Source: Candidatus Buchananbacteria bacterium (GTDB taxonomy: Bacteria; Patescibacteriota; Patescibacteriia; 2-01-FULL-39-33). Taken from it: DNA of 55,598 nucleotides. Positions within the stretch are counted from its first letter, which is position 1. Each line of letters starts with the position of its first letter. Below, in pieces: positions 46,503 through 55,365 of the stretch. Position numbers and translations under genes: made by a program. The notes beneath the pieces are model-generated. The model did not search any database and was not told the DNA's origin. It worked only from the letters and a program-made list of their open reading frames with translations. The stretch is from positions 1 through 55,598 of the forward strand of contig CAISTG010000038.1 of assembly GCA_903888345.1 (NCBI GenBank). Reading direction: 5' to 3'.

Positions 46503-46640
46503 ATGATATTTGTAGTTGTATATCTCAAAGCTAAAAGCTAATCAATAGATAATTATAGCAAAAATATTTGATATTGTCAATGATTTTATCCACAGTGGTG
46601 TTGATTAATGTCGATTGATTACCTAAATTTAGACAAAAAG

Positions 46641-46677
46641 AAAACCGGTCAGACAAGTTATTAGCTTGGCTGACCGG
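46641..46677 (-). terminator. intrinsic terminator of the lipoprotein gene
   Basis: ccggtcag/ctgaccgg with a minus-strand U tract. Confidence 0.7.
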
Positions 46678-46698
46678 GCAGGGGTTTAAAAGGTACTT

Positions 46699-48306
46699 TT
46701 AGACGGAGGCTTGGAAGGCTTGCTTGCCTTCCGAGTTGGCAACAAGCGGCATGAGCTCACCGTTGAGGGTGATAATCACAGCGTCGTTGGGCACAAATCC
46801 ATCGAGTGATACGTTGCCATTGGTGACAACGGTACAGCGCAAGATTCGGCTAATATTTGACCGAAACTGCGTGACCGTCCCAGAGGCGATACCCTGCGAG
46901 GAGACGTCCCAAAGTTCGCGTTCAATCCAAACCGCCGAAGGCTGATACAGTTCCAGCCCGATATGACCGCTGGCCGGGGCGTTCGTGGCAGCGAGTGTCA
47001 GGTAGGTCCCATTCCAAACGAGGTCGATCCGGAGCTTCTTGGTATCGGCATTGGTCGCGACGTGCACCGTACGGGTAATCGAGCTGGCGTTGCCGGCACG
47101 ATCAACTGCATGGTACGTCAAGACATAGTTCCCAACGACGGTCACATTAACGTTGCCAGTTACGGTAACGTTCACAACACCGTCGACGGCATCGTAAGCG
47201 GTGGCGCCCGGGTCAACCCAGACTCCGCCGACGATCAAATTGACCGTAGCCGAACCATTCAGCGTTATCACGGGAGGCGTAACGTCACCAACTGGCGGCG
47301 TCACGGCCCTAAACTTGGCGACGACCTTGACGGTTTCGCTGTTCATCTGCACCGAGGCGCTGACACTGGTAGTACCCAGTTCATCGTTCACTGTCCAATC
47401 CACGAATTCGAATCCGGCATTGGCATTGGCCTGAAGGCTAACGTCTTTGCCGTACTCATACTCGACGAGGGAGGGGTTAACGGTGACGCTGCCAGCTCCC
47501 GGAGGGGAGATGGAAACGATCAGCTTTGACATGTTCGACTTAAAAACGGCGATCAGAAGCACGTGGCCATCCATCTTGACAGATGCGTTGGCATCCAACC
47601 AAGGCGATTCGTCCGTGTTAACGGTCCAGTGGTCAAAGATGAAGCCTTCGTTGGCCACAGCCTGGACATCGACAGTAACACCGGCAGCGTAGAGATCCTG
47701 ATTCGGACTCACGCTAATTCCGCCGGCATTGGCAGGCGAAACCATGGTCGAGAGATGATACAGACCGGTTGGCGGCGGCGTTATGCCGTAGTGCCCGGGA
47801 CCGTAAAAAAGGGTCATGGCACTGCGACCATTACCACCAATAACGGTTAGAATGATCCGGTCGACAGCGTCGCCCGGCTTCAGACCGATGTTGAAGGTAT
47901 CATCGTTCAGGTTCTCGCCGATCATGGTGGCAATCGTGCCACCGATAGCGGCTGCAGCTGTTCCTCCCAGCAAGATCACGCCAGTGCAAGTCAGACACTT
48001 TTCGGCGTCTGCACTCTTTGCGGTGGCCTTGGTGGCGGGGAAGATGTTAATCGGTCTGGACACAGTCTCGCCCACCAGGAAAACTTCTCCCGTGGCTCGA
48101 CCAAACCCGTTGCCTCCCTGATAGGTCATGGAGACCTCAGCTCGGGCATCGACGACCGAACCCAAAGGGTTCAGGGTTGTCTGGACCGGATAGCCGGCCT
48201 CATTCAGGGTGTTCTGCATCACGGTCAGGTTGGAAGTGTCGGGGCAGCCTGTCAGGCATACTCCCAGTGACATCAATACGACGGCCAGTAACAGAGTCTT
48301 CTTCAT
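46699..48306 (-). CDS. lipoprotein with two InlB-B/Flg_new-like repeats and a DUF5011-type Ig-like domain
   Basis: LTGC lipobox; GFxFxxWT repeats; DVTPPVITLNG...DPGATAYD.VDG...G.Y.LTY.A.D.AGN; visibly GC-richer than flanks. Confidence 0.8.
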   Translation of the reverse strand: MKKTLLLAVVLMSLGVCLTGCPDTSNLTVMQNTLNEAGYPVQTTLNPLGSVVDARAEVSMTYQGGNGFGRATGEVFLVGETVSRPINIFPATKATAKSADAEKCLTCTGVILLGGTAAAAIGGTIATMIGENLNDDTFNIGLKPGDAVDRIILTVIGGNGRSAMTLFYGPGHYGITPPPTGLYHLSTMVSPANAGGISVSPNQDLYAAGVTVDVQAVANEGFIFDHWTVNTDESPWLDANASVKMDGHVLLIAVFKSNMSKLIVSISPPGAGSVTVNPSLVEYEYGKDVSLQANANAGFEFVDWTVNDELGTTSVSASVQMNSETVKVVAKFRAVTPPVGDVTPPVITLNGSATVNLIVGGVWVDPGATAYDAVDGVVNVTVTGNVNVTVVGNYVLTYHAVDRAGNASSITRTVHVATNADTKKLRIDLVWNGTYLTLAATNAPASGHIGLELYQPSAVWIERELWDVSSQGIASGTVTQFRSNISRILRCTVVTNGNVSLDGFVPNDAVIITLNGELMPLVANSEGKQAFQASV

Positions 48307-48467
48307 GATCTTTCATCTCCTGTTTCGTTTTTTTGCCTCGAGTCTGGCAACCATATAGCTGCCAAAACTCATATCCATTGAGTTGACAGCTACAGGCCGT
48401 CAGAGCTCGTTTTTCATGGCTTTCAAGGTACAATAAGCTAAGACCACAAAGTCTTACTTAATAGACT

Positions 48468-48496
48468 ATTATATCATGCCTATCAAAAAATGTCAA
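48468..48496 (-). promoter_or_regulatory. sigma70 promoter of the lipoprotein gene
   Basis: TTGACA-N17-TATAAT with extended TG. Confidence 0.8.
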
Positions 48497-48592
48497 TAGG
48501 CAAACTGGTTGACTACTGACATTTAAAATTGGCTAGTATTTGTAATTTATTTTACCTAAATTTAGCTAAAATATTTGATTAAAAAATAATAA

Positions 48593-49753
48593 TTATTTAA
48601 TCTTACCACCGCTAGCATCCTCGGGAATTTTGGAGGTTAGATTTGGCAGACTGAAATTCATGGTTTCTCCGGTGAATTTGTCTTGGCCGCTAGCCTTGAT
48701 ATTCTGCAATAAGTCCGCTAGTTGGCCAGTTTGACCCTTGGTTGGGATCAATTCCACCTCAAAAGCGGTGCCGACCTGTGGATAACTTACGCTCGGGGCG
48801 ACTAATTTTTGGATTTCCCAGCTGACGGTATTATTATCGCTGGCGAATTTAACGGGTTGCGGTGAGGTAGCACTCAGACGACCAGTGGGTCGAACGTTGG
48901 CTGGCAGGGTTGCTGTCAGTTGAACATTTTCAGCGTCGTTATAATCAGTTTCGGCGGCAAAGAAAATCCAGTACTTGGTTGCTTGTCCCACGATTGGTGG
49001 TAATGGACCGACGCCTAATTGGTCGCCTTCGTTTAGTCGATATTTAGCGACAGCGGTTAGAACCAGATTGGTGGAAATTTTTTGGGTGAGTTGCTGGCTA
49101 ATTGCCGTTAGCTCAGGCGTACCGGTTTTGGTATCATGGTAGGTTGCAGTTAGTTTGGCTTGAACTATATAGTTGTTAGGATTGGTAGGTTGTTCAACTT
49201 TAGTGTTCAGATTTAACTGATACTTAATGGTGCCGGTTTGACCTGGATTAATTGCTTTCAGCTCCGGATACTTGGTTTGGTCCAAGACAATTTTTTTGTT
49301 GATACCAGGAATCTCACTTTCTAAATTTAGAATCACCATTACCTTAGTGGCGACAGCGGCACCGTCATTTTTGTAATTGATCGAATAGGTAAAGGGAACG
49401 CCAGTTTTGATGTGGTCGCGATCTTTGACTAAGTCCAGCGTTAAATGTGGTTGCTGGTTGATGATTAAGACGCCTTGATCGAAATAACTCTGGATGGAGT
49501 TTTTGGCGGGATGCGTCAACAGAAAAATGTTTAGGCCGAAGAGACTAATAATGATGAGCAGTAGTATCACGTCGGCAATTAAGTGTGCGAGCCAGAAATT
49601 ATTAGTTGGATGATAAAACTTTTGGTAACGATTTTTGGCCGGAACCAAAAAAACGTTTAAGGTTTTAATAAATATACCATTAGCTGGAGCTGGAGTGGCC
49701 GGACTTAATGGCCGCGTTTCGACTTTGATTATTTTGTTTGATGTTTTTTTCAT
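48593..49753 (-). CDS. membrane-anchored Ig-like (DUF11-like) protein
   Basis: One TM; TYSINYKNDG; GPLPP.VG..T.YW motif. Confidence 0.7.
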   Translation of the reverse strand: MKKTSNKIIKVETRPLSPATPAPANGIFIKTLNVFLVPAKNRYQKFYHPTNNFWLAHLIADVILLLIIISLFGLNIFLLTHPAKNSIQSYFDQGVLIINQQPHLTLDLVKDRDHIKTGVPFTYSINYKNDGAAVATKVMVILNLESEIPGINKKIVLDQTKYPELKAINPGQTGTIKYQLNLNTKVEQPTNPNNYIVQAKLTATYHDTKTGTPELTAISQQLTQKISTNLVLTAVAKYRLNEGDQLGVGPLPPIVGQATKYWIFFAAETDYNDAENVQLTATLPANVRPTGRLSATSPQPVKFASDNNTVSWEIQKLVAPSVSYPQVGTAFEVELIPTKGQTGQLADLLQNIKASGQDKFTGETMNFSLPNLTSKIPEDASGGKIK

Positions 49754-49755
49754 AG

Positions 49756-52700
49756 TTATTTAGCGTTAGCGGTAAAGACACCACTTGATAGAGCAACGAC
49801 TTCTACTTTGCCATCACCATCAACATCAGCCACACTGACGTTGACGCCTTGGCGGCTATTGGTATCAAAAGCAAACCACTCTTTGATTAGTTGTCCGGAA
49901 GCATTAAAGACTTTGACGTGAGGGCCGCCAGTGACGCCAGCACCAGTAACAACCTGATTGGTATTGTCGCCACTTAAATCACCGCAAGCAACATTAACGC
50001 CACCACGGAAATTTGAGTTATAAGCAAACCATTCTTTCAATAATTTTCCGGTTGAAGTAAACACTTTAATATGGGGACCGCCACCAGATCCAGCGCCCGT
50101 AATAATTTCAAATTCGCCGTCATTATTTAGATCACAGGCAGCAACACTAGCGCCGAGATTCTTCCAGAGAGGGGAATAGGCAGTGAAACTTTTGTTGGTG
50201 TCGATTAAATTATGATCAAAATATTTAATTAAGTTGGAACCACCCTTTTCTGGAGCGACAACAATTGATAACTCCGAATCAGACGGCAGTTTGGTTAAGG
50301 CTAGATTAAAGCCACCGCGGAAGTTAAGACCATAAGGGTAAACGGTTTTAAGATTATTACCATTCTTATCAAAGAGTGAAATGGAGCTTAGTCCGGCGGT
50401 GAGGATTTCATTCTCGCCATCGCCATTAAGATCAGTTTTAATAACTTTGTTGCCGCCGGTAAAGTTGGAATTATAGACGAAGAAACCCGTACGCTTAACT
50501 TGTCCGCTACCACTAAAAATTCTAGCGAAAGAACCATTAGTATAAACAGCGTCCGTTAATTCATTTAAAGGTTTTAATAAGATAATAGCGTCCCCAGCGG
50601 GTAGCGTCAGTTGATTGACAATCGAACCATCATTGGTGGTTTTGTCTTGAGTGCCACGGATTTTTTCTAATTCAGCGTCGAAAGAAAGTTTTTGTGCTTG
50701 TTGACTAGAATTTAATAAAACGACGCCGTTTTCAAAATTGCGTTGCCAAACAGCGGCACTCCAAGCTTTGTTGTTGGTTGTAAGATTGATAGGATTGCCG
50801 GTTGGTTGACCGAGACTGACATTATATTCATCATACCACCATAATTGTTCACGCAAGTTCGGACCATAGTCAAAGCTGTAATAGGCGTTAAACATTAAGG
50901 CGCTAGCCAGGCCAAAGCGCATGGTTTGGTAATCATTTTGGTTACCGGTATTATTGCTATCGGAATTGATAATGTTAAAACGGGGCTGATAGCCGGAATT
51001 GGTAGAAATTTCTAATTTTGGCATTTGGCCATTAAAGCCACCCTCCCAATATTCGGGGAAACCTTCTAGCTCTCGGCCATTGGTGTATTGTGAATAGTCA
51101 CCATCACCATTGCCAATAATTAGATAACGAGAACCGATGGAGGCGCGAAGTTTTTCGAAAAAGGTGTTGTAGGATTTCTGCCAAGCACTATTAACCACTG
51201 CGGCAGAATCGGCGCGGCCATCGTTATTGATATCGATGTTATTGTTGAGGCTCGAAACATTCTGCCAAGTATTATCGAATAACAAGCCATCCCAAAGTCC
51301 CGAGGACAAGAGTTGATTGGTGTAGAAGTTAACTAAATAATCGGCATAAGTTTGGCCATTGTTATCTTTGGTGCCCAGGTTCATCATTACGTTGCCCGCC
51401 CAAAAACTAATGTCTTCACCGTTAGCGGTTTTTAGATGCCAGATGTTTTGATCACCTTTGGCGAGTTGATGCCACATACCGTAACCCGCCGGCTCAATCG
51501 AGTTGAGTCGGCTCGTCGGCATTTCATTGGCCGAGGTATAGGCTAAGATAACTATTTTTGGATTCAATTTTCTAATGTCGCGAATGGCATCAGCGCTATA
51601 AGTCTGCGCTGTCATATCGAGAACAAGTACGTCCCATTTGGCAAGCTCTTTAGCAACTTCCGGAGTAATGGGATTGCGCCAGTAAAGATTAACCAGGCGG
51701 GGATAGTCATGATTCGGGATCAAATAGGCCTGGCCTTGTTCAATATTGATCTGGTAAAAGGGGATGGTTAATAAGGCTGATAAAGTGACTAGCAATATCA
51801 AATTCACCAGCAACATATTGATGCGGCGCAAGGGCTTTTTGTGGCGAGTGATCGCTGTTTGGTAAATGGCTAGTATCTTATGGTAGTAAGCTTGGCCATC
51901 GTATTTTTGGCTTTCCTGTTGTGCTTGATCGCCTAAATAGTTTCTTAAGGTTTCGTCAGAAAGTAATCGTGTTAGTTGTTCTTTTAGGGCACCTAAATCA
52001 GACACTTCATAAAGCAGTCCTGTTTTTTCATTTTCAATTAGTTCAGGAATTGCTCCGACTTTGGAGGCAATAACCGCCTTGCCCAAAGACATGGCTTCGA
52101 GTACGGTCAAACCGAAAGTTTCGTGGACGCGAGAGCAATTGACGACAAAGAGTGAGTTCTTAATTAACTCAATAATCTCGCCCCGATTCTTTTGGCCAAC
52201 TAATTCAATTTTGTCGGCTAGGCCGAAGTCATTAATCTGTTGCTGTAATTGCGTTTCATTGGGTCCGGCACCGGCGATTTTTAGTTTTAGACCATTAACG
52301 CCAATATTGGCAAAGGCAGTAATCAGACCGCTAAAACCCTTACTTTCATCGAGGCGGCCGTAACTGAAAATATATTTTTCGCTGCTAGTCGCTACTGGTG
52401 CCAATGCTGCTAGTAAGAATTCATCAGGCACGAAATGAGGTTGAACAACTATTTTGTTCGGATCAAAACCATGTTTAACTAGTTGGTTTTTCACAAACTC
52501 ACTGGGCGCGATAAAGAGGTCAACGTTGTTTTGGTAAACTTTAAGATAGCGATGAAGCCAGAATTCAAGGTGCAGAATCAGATCAGTTAAGAGTGAATCT
52601 TTATGTAGAAAAGCGCGACCGTCAGCGCGAAGAGTATAGTCGTGGCGAATCAATTTAAAATCATGAACCGTCATAACAACGGGCACACCGAGACGCTTAA

Positions 52701-53034
52701 GTGTCGGTAAGATTGAGGGTGAGAGTTGATGATAAATATTATGAATGTGGGCAATATCTGGTTTGGTTTCTAGTACTACCTTTTGAATTAAACGACTCGC
52801 CTTGAAGGACCAAAATAAACGCGGTAAACGATAGAGGGATTTAAGGGAAAAGCCACTGAGATCTAAATCTTCAATAAAGAGTGATTCTTGTTCGCAGGGG
52901 ATATTTAAAGGATTTTTTTGAGAAAAACAAACCACCCCTTGGCCGTTGTTCTCCAAGAGTTTCTTGAGTGCTAAGAGGTGGATTTCAGCTCCGCCCTTGG
53001 CGTAAAGATATTTGTTGATCTGTAAAATCTTCAT
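49756..53034 (-). CDS. fusion: GT4 glycosyltransferase + TM + putative glycoside hydrolase TIM barrel + FG-GAP-like repeats
   Basis: ETFGLTVLEAM; TM at about residues 407-427; LAKWDVLVLD..LNP...ILAY, WDGLLFDN, NGRELE; DLNGDG/DVDGDG and GGGPHIKVF repeats. Confidence 0.8.
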   Translation of the reverse strand: MKILQINKYLYAKGGAEIHLLALKKLLENNGQGVVCFSQKNPLNIPCEQESLFIEDLDLSGFSLKSLYRLPRLFWSFKASRLIQKVVLETKPDIAHIHNIYHQLSPSILPTLKRLGVPVVMTVHDFKLIRHDYTLRADGRAFLHKDSLLTDLILHLEFWLHRYLKVYQNNVDLFIAPSEFVKNQLVKHGFDPNKIVVQPHFVPDEFLLAALAPVATSSEKYIFSYGRLDESKGFSGLITAFANIGVNGLKLKIAGAGPNETQLQQQINDFGLADKIELVGQKNRGEIIELIKNSLFVVNCSRVHETFGLTVLEAMSLGKAVIASKVGAIPELIENEKTGLLYEVSDLGALKEQLTRLLSDETLRNYLGDQAQQESQKYDGQAYYHKILAIYQTAITRHKKPLRRINMLLVNLILLVTLSALLTIPFYQINIEQGQAYLIPNHDYPRLVNLYWRNPITPEVAKELAKWDVLVLDMTAQTYSADAIRDIRKLNPKIVILAYTSANEMPTSRLNSIEPAGYGMWHQLAKGDQNIWHLKTANGEDISFWAGNVMMNLGTKDNNGQTYADYLVNFYTNQLLSSGLWDGLLFDNTWQNVSSLNNNIDINNDGRADSAAVVNSAWQKSYNTFFEKLRASIGSRYLIIGNGDGDYSQYTNGRELEGFPEYWEGGFNGQMPKLEISTNSGYQPRFNIINSDSNNTGNQNDYQTMRFGLASALMFNAYYSFDYGPNLREQLWWYDEYNVSLGQPTGNPINLTTNNKAWSAAVWQRNFENGVVLLNSSQQAQKLSFDAELEKIRGTQDKTTNDGSIVNQLTLPAGDAIILLKPLNELTDAVYTNGSFARIFSGSGQVKRTGFFVYNSNFTGGNKVIKTDLNGDGENEILTAGLSSISLFDKNGNNLKTVYPYGLNFRGGFNLALTKLPSDSELSIVVAPEKGGSNLIKYFDHNLIDTNKSFTAYSPLWKNLGASVAACDLNNDGEFEIITGAGSGGGPHIKVFTSTGKLLKEWFAYNSNFRGGVNVACGDLSGDNTNQVVTGAGVTGGPHVKVFNASGQLIKEWFAFDTNSRQGVNVSVADVDGDGKVEVVALSSGVFTANAK

Positions 53035-53038
53035 GGTA

Positions 53039-54484
53039 TTAAGCTAATTCCTTATTGACTGGTTTATTATTAATTAGGGTCGCAGTTCGCAGTAAGCCGA
53101 GAATGATCCAGAGCCAGATACCCATTAAATTGGTTTCTAAGTAGGGTTGGAAAATACTGGAAATCAGAAAGACGGCTAGTGCACCGATCAGACCTAAATA
53201 GTATGGTGCTAAATCGGCAGATTCAAATAGCTTCTTTCTGATACTTAAAAGGACGGCGAGAATAAATAGTCCTAAAACCGCGATTCCTAACAGACCGGTT
53301 TGGACCATAATCGCTAGGGGTGAATTATGGATATTGCGAAGTTCTTCAAAGTCTTGCCAGTCACCAGTATCAACTAAGATTTGATGACCAAAACCAACAC
53401 CGTAAAATGGATTTTTTAGCCATTCGATTTTGGCTTGACCCCAAGTGTCTTCACGCCAACTGGCTGAGCTATCCTCACTGAGATTAACGACAGTAGCCGC
53501 TCGTTCGATCAGTGCATCAAGATTCGCCGTGACTTTATCCATTGATCCCGAGAAGTATAATAAATTTGAAGAAAGAAAAATAAATAGCACGAGAGCGGCC
53601 AAAGTTAAGCCGATTTTAAGGGCATAGCCACTAAAAACTTTTTTGTGTTGTTTATCGATGATTATAAATATTGACCCTAAACCAACGACCACCGCTAGCC
53701 ATAAATGGCGCATCAAAGAAACGCCGATACCTAAAGCCCAAAATGTCATTACGATCATTGCTAGAGTCGTTGAGCGTAAGCGATTATATAATAATAAACT
53801 GACACCCAACATGGCGGCTAGAGTTAAGTAGAAAGCATGAGTGCCAGCGAGATATCGAGTACCGGTGGTAGAAAGCGGCGTGAACTCGGTCCATAAACCA
53901 TTGCCTCGAATAAAGCCAATAAAGATAAAGGCGATTAATCCGGTTGCTACCAGCAAGATTAAATGAATGATGTTTTTTAATTTTTTGCCACTGTTAACGG
54001 TATAAATGATTAATAGGTAAAGCAGGGCATAGATGAAATAGTTTTTAAAAGAAGAAAAGGCGACCTCGAATTTAGCGTTAATATCAAAGACGCTACGCAA
54101 TAAATAACTGGCAGTTAAAATTAACCAAACCGCCAGGGCCTTTTCGGGCCAACCCCAGATAAAGCGAAAGGTTTTATTTTTGGTTTTATAACTGAAGGCT
54201 AGTGCGAGAAAAGAATAGGCAATGATAACGTCGAGTAAATAGAATTTATAGGTGGTGTCGTCGAAGACTAAACCCTGTAAGGTAAAATAACGTTCAAAAA
54301 CCATGGTTAAGGCAATTAATAAGCCAACACCCAAATAAGCACGATCTGGCAAAATACAAACTCCGGCCAGCACAGCAAAGGCTAGATAAAATATTGGTAA
54401 GGGGCCATAAGCAATCATCGCGATAATGATACCGCTTAAATAGAGATAGGCCAGGAAGTTAATGATTTTAGATTTAGCAATCAT
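53039..54484 (-). CDS. O-antigen ligase/polymerase-family membrane protein
   Basis: Many TM helices; SLMR..W; R...W.....NP.YGVGFG; HNSPL..MVQTG..G. Confidence 0.88.
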   Translation of the reverse strand: MIAKSKIINFLAYLYLSGIIIAMIAYGPLPIFYLAFAVLAGVCILPDRAYLGVGLLIALTMVFERYFTLQGLVFDDTTYKFYLLDVIIAYSFLALAFSYKTKNKTFRFIWGWPEKALAVWLILTASYLLRSVFDINAKFEVAFSSFKNYFIYALLYLLIIYTVNSGKKLKNIIHLILLVATGLIAFIFIGFIRGNGLWTEFTPLSTTGTRYLAGTHAFYLTLAAMLGVSLLLYNRLRSTTLAMIVMTFWALGIGVSLMRHLWLAVVVGLGSIFIIIDKQHKKVFSGYALKIGLTLAALVLFIFLSSNLLYFSGSMDKVTANLDALIERAATVVNLSEDSSASWREDTWGQAKIEWLKNPFYGVGFGHQILVDTGDWQDFEELRNIHNSPLAIMVQTGLLGIAVLGLFILAVLLSIRKKLFESADLAPYYLGLIGALAVFLISSIFQPYLETNLMGIWLWIILGLLRTATLINNKPVNKELA

Positions 54485-54540
54485 AGGTTGGGGGATGTTT
54501 TCGAAAAAGCCGCAGCTTAAAATAAAGCGGCGGCTTAGCG

Positions 54541-55365
54541 TTATTGATTTGGTGTATTAGGAAGGTTTTCTTCGTAATATTGCTCCAGCCAAGGATTATT
54601 AGTTGTTCTGGCGATGGTTTGCTCTTCTATCGGTGGTGTAGGAATTACGGTAGCCGCTGGTTGCGCACTAGCGATAGGAGCAGTGTAGACCGGTTGAGTC
54701 ACCGGAGTTGTTGGATAGGTGTTGGCCGGTTGGTAGGCTTTAACCTTCTTATTGAAAACAAATAGACGATGATTAGGAAAGATAATAATAAAAGTGAAAC
54801 CCAGTAAGATACCGGCTAGTAAGCCTAGTAAACCGTCACTAATAATTTTAGTGGTGGACCAGCTTTCAAAAATTGAGGGGACATCAATCATTTTCAGGGT
54901 TACGCGATCGGCCGAACCGTCATACAGACCGTGCTGACTAATAATGACAGAACTAATGTTGGTAGCCAAAAGGTTGGTTTGATAACGATCATCACCAAAG
55001 ACATCAATTGTTACAATACCCTTATTATCAGAAATACTAGTTTTGACAGCTTGTTTCCAGGCCCGTTGTTTTTGCTCTGGGTTTAAGCCGAGACTATCAA
55101 TCAAATTAGTATCGTTTTTATAGACAGAGTCAATGAAAGAATCGGAATAGATGACTTCACCCAAAATACCAGTAATGTAGTTAGCGGTTTTGCTGGCAGT
55201 ATAGGTGTCAATATTGGTTTGGTTAAAGACAGCCAAGAGTTTGACGGTTGATTTATAGCGAGGTGTTTGCCATAAACTGACGGAAAAGGCTAATAGGCCT
55301 AGTAACAGGGAAATAAAGCCGACCGTTAAGATGTTTTTAAGATTGAAATGTTTGTTTGTTGACAT
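54541..55365 (-). CDS. Wzz/CpsC-like polysaccharide co-polymerase
   Basis: Two TM helices, P.YKSTVKLL motif and a Pro/Thr-rich C-terminal tail. Confidence 0.75.
   Translation of the reverse strand: MSTNKHFNLKNILTVGFISLLLGLLAFSVSLWQTPRYKSTVKLLAVFNQTNIDTYTASKTANYITGILGEVIYSDSFIDSVYKNDTNLIDSLGLNPEQKQRAWKQAVKTSISDNKGIVTIDVFGDDRYQTNLLATNISSVIISQHGLYDGSADRVTLKMIDVPSIFESWSTTKIISDGLLGLLAGILLGFTFIIIFPNHRLFVFNKKVKAYQPANTYPTTPVTQPVYTAPIASAQPAATVIPTPPIEEQTIARTTNNPWLEQYYEENLPNTPNQ

Noticed and set aside
46586-46594. Perfect DnaA box TTATCCACA as a sign of oriC
   Set aside because: It is a single box, with no cluster and no dnaA/dnaN nearby; at most it is regulatory.
929-54765. Many short antisense or overlapping ORFs in the track (e.g. 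929-1243, 3326-3679, 30830-31237, 46963-47529)
   Set aside because: They are shadows of well-supported genes, with no motifs or start signals.
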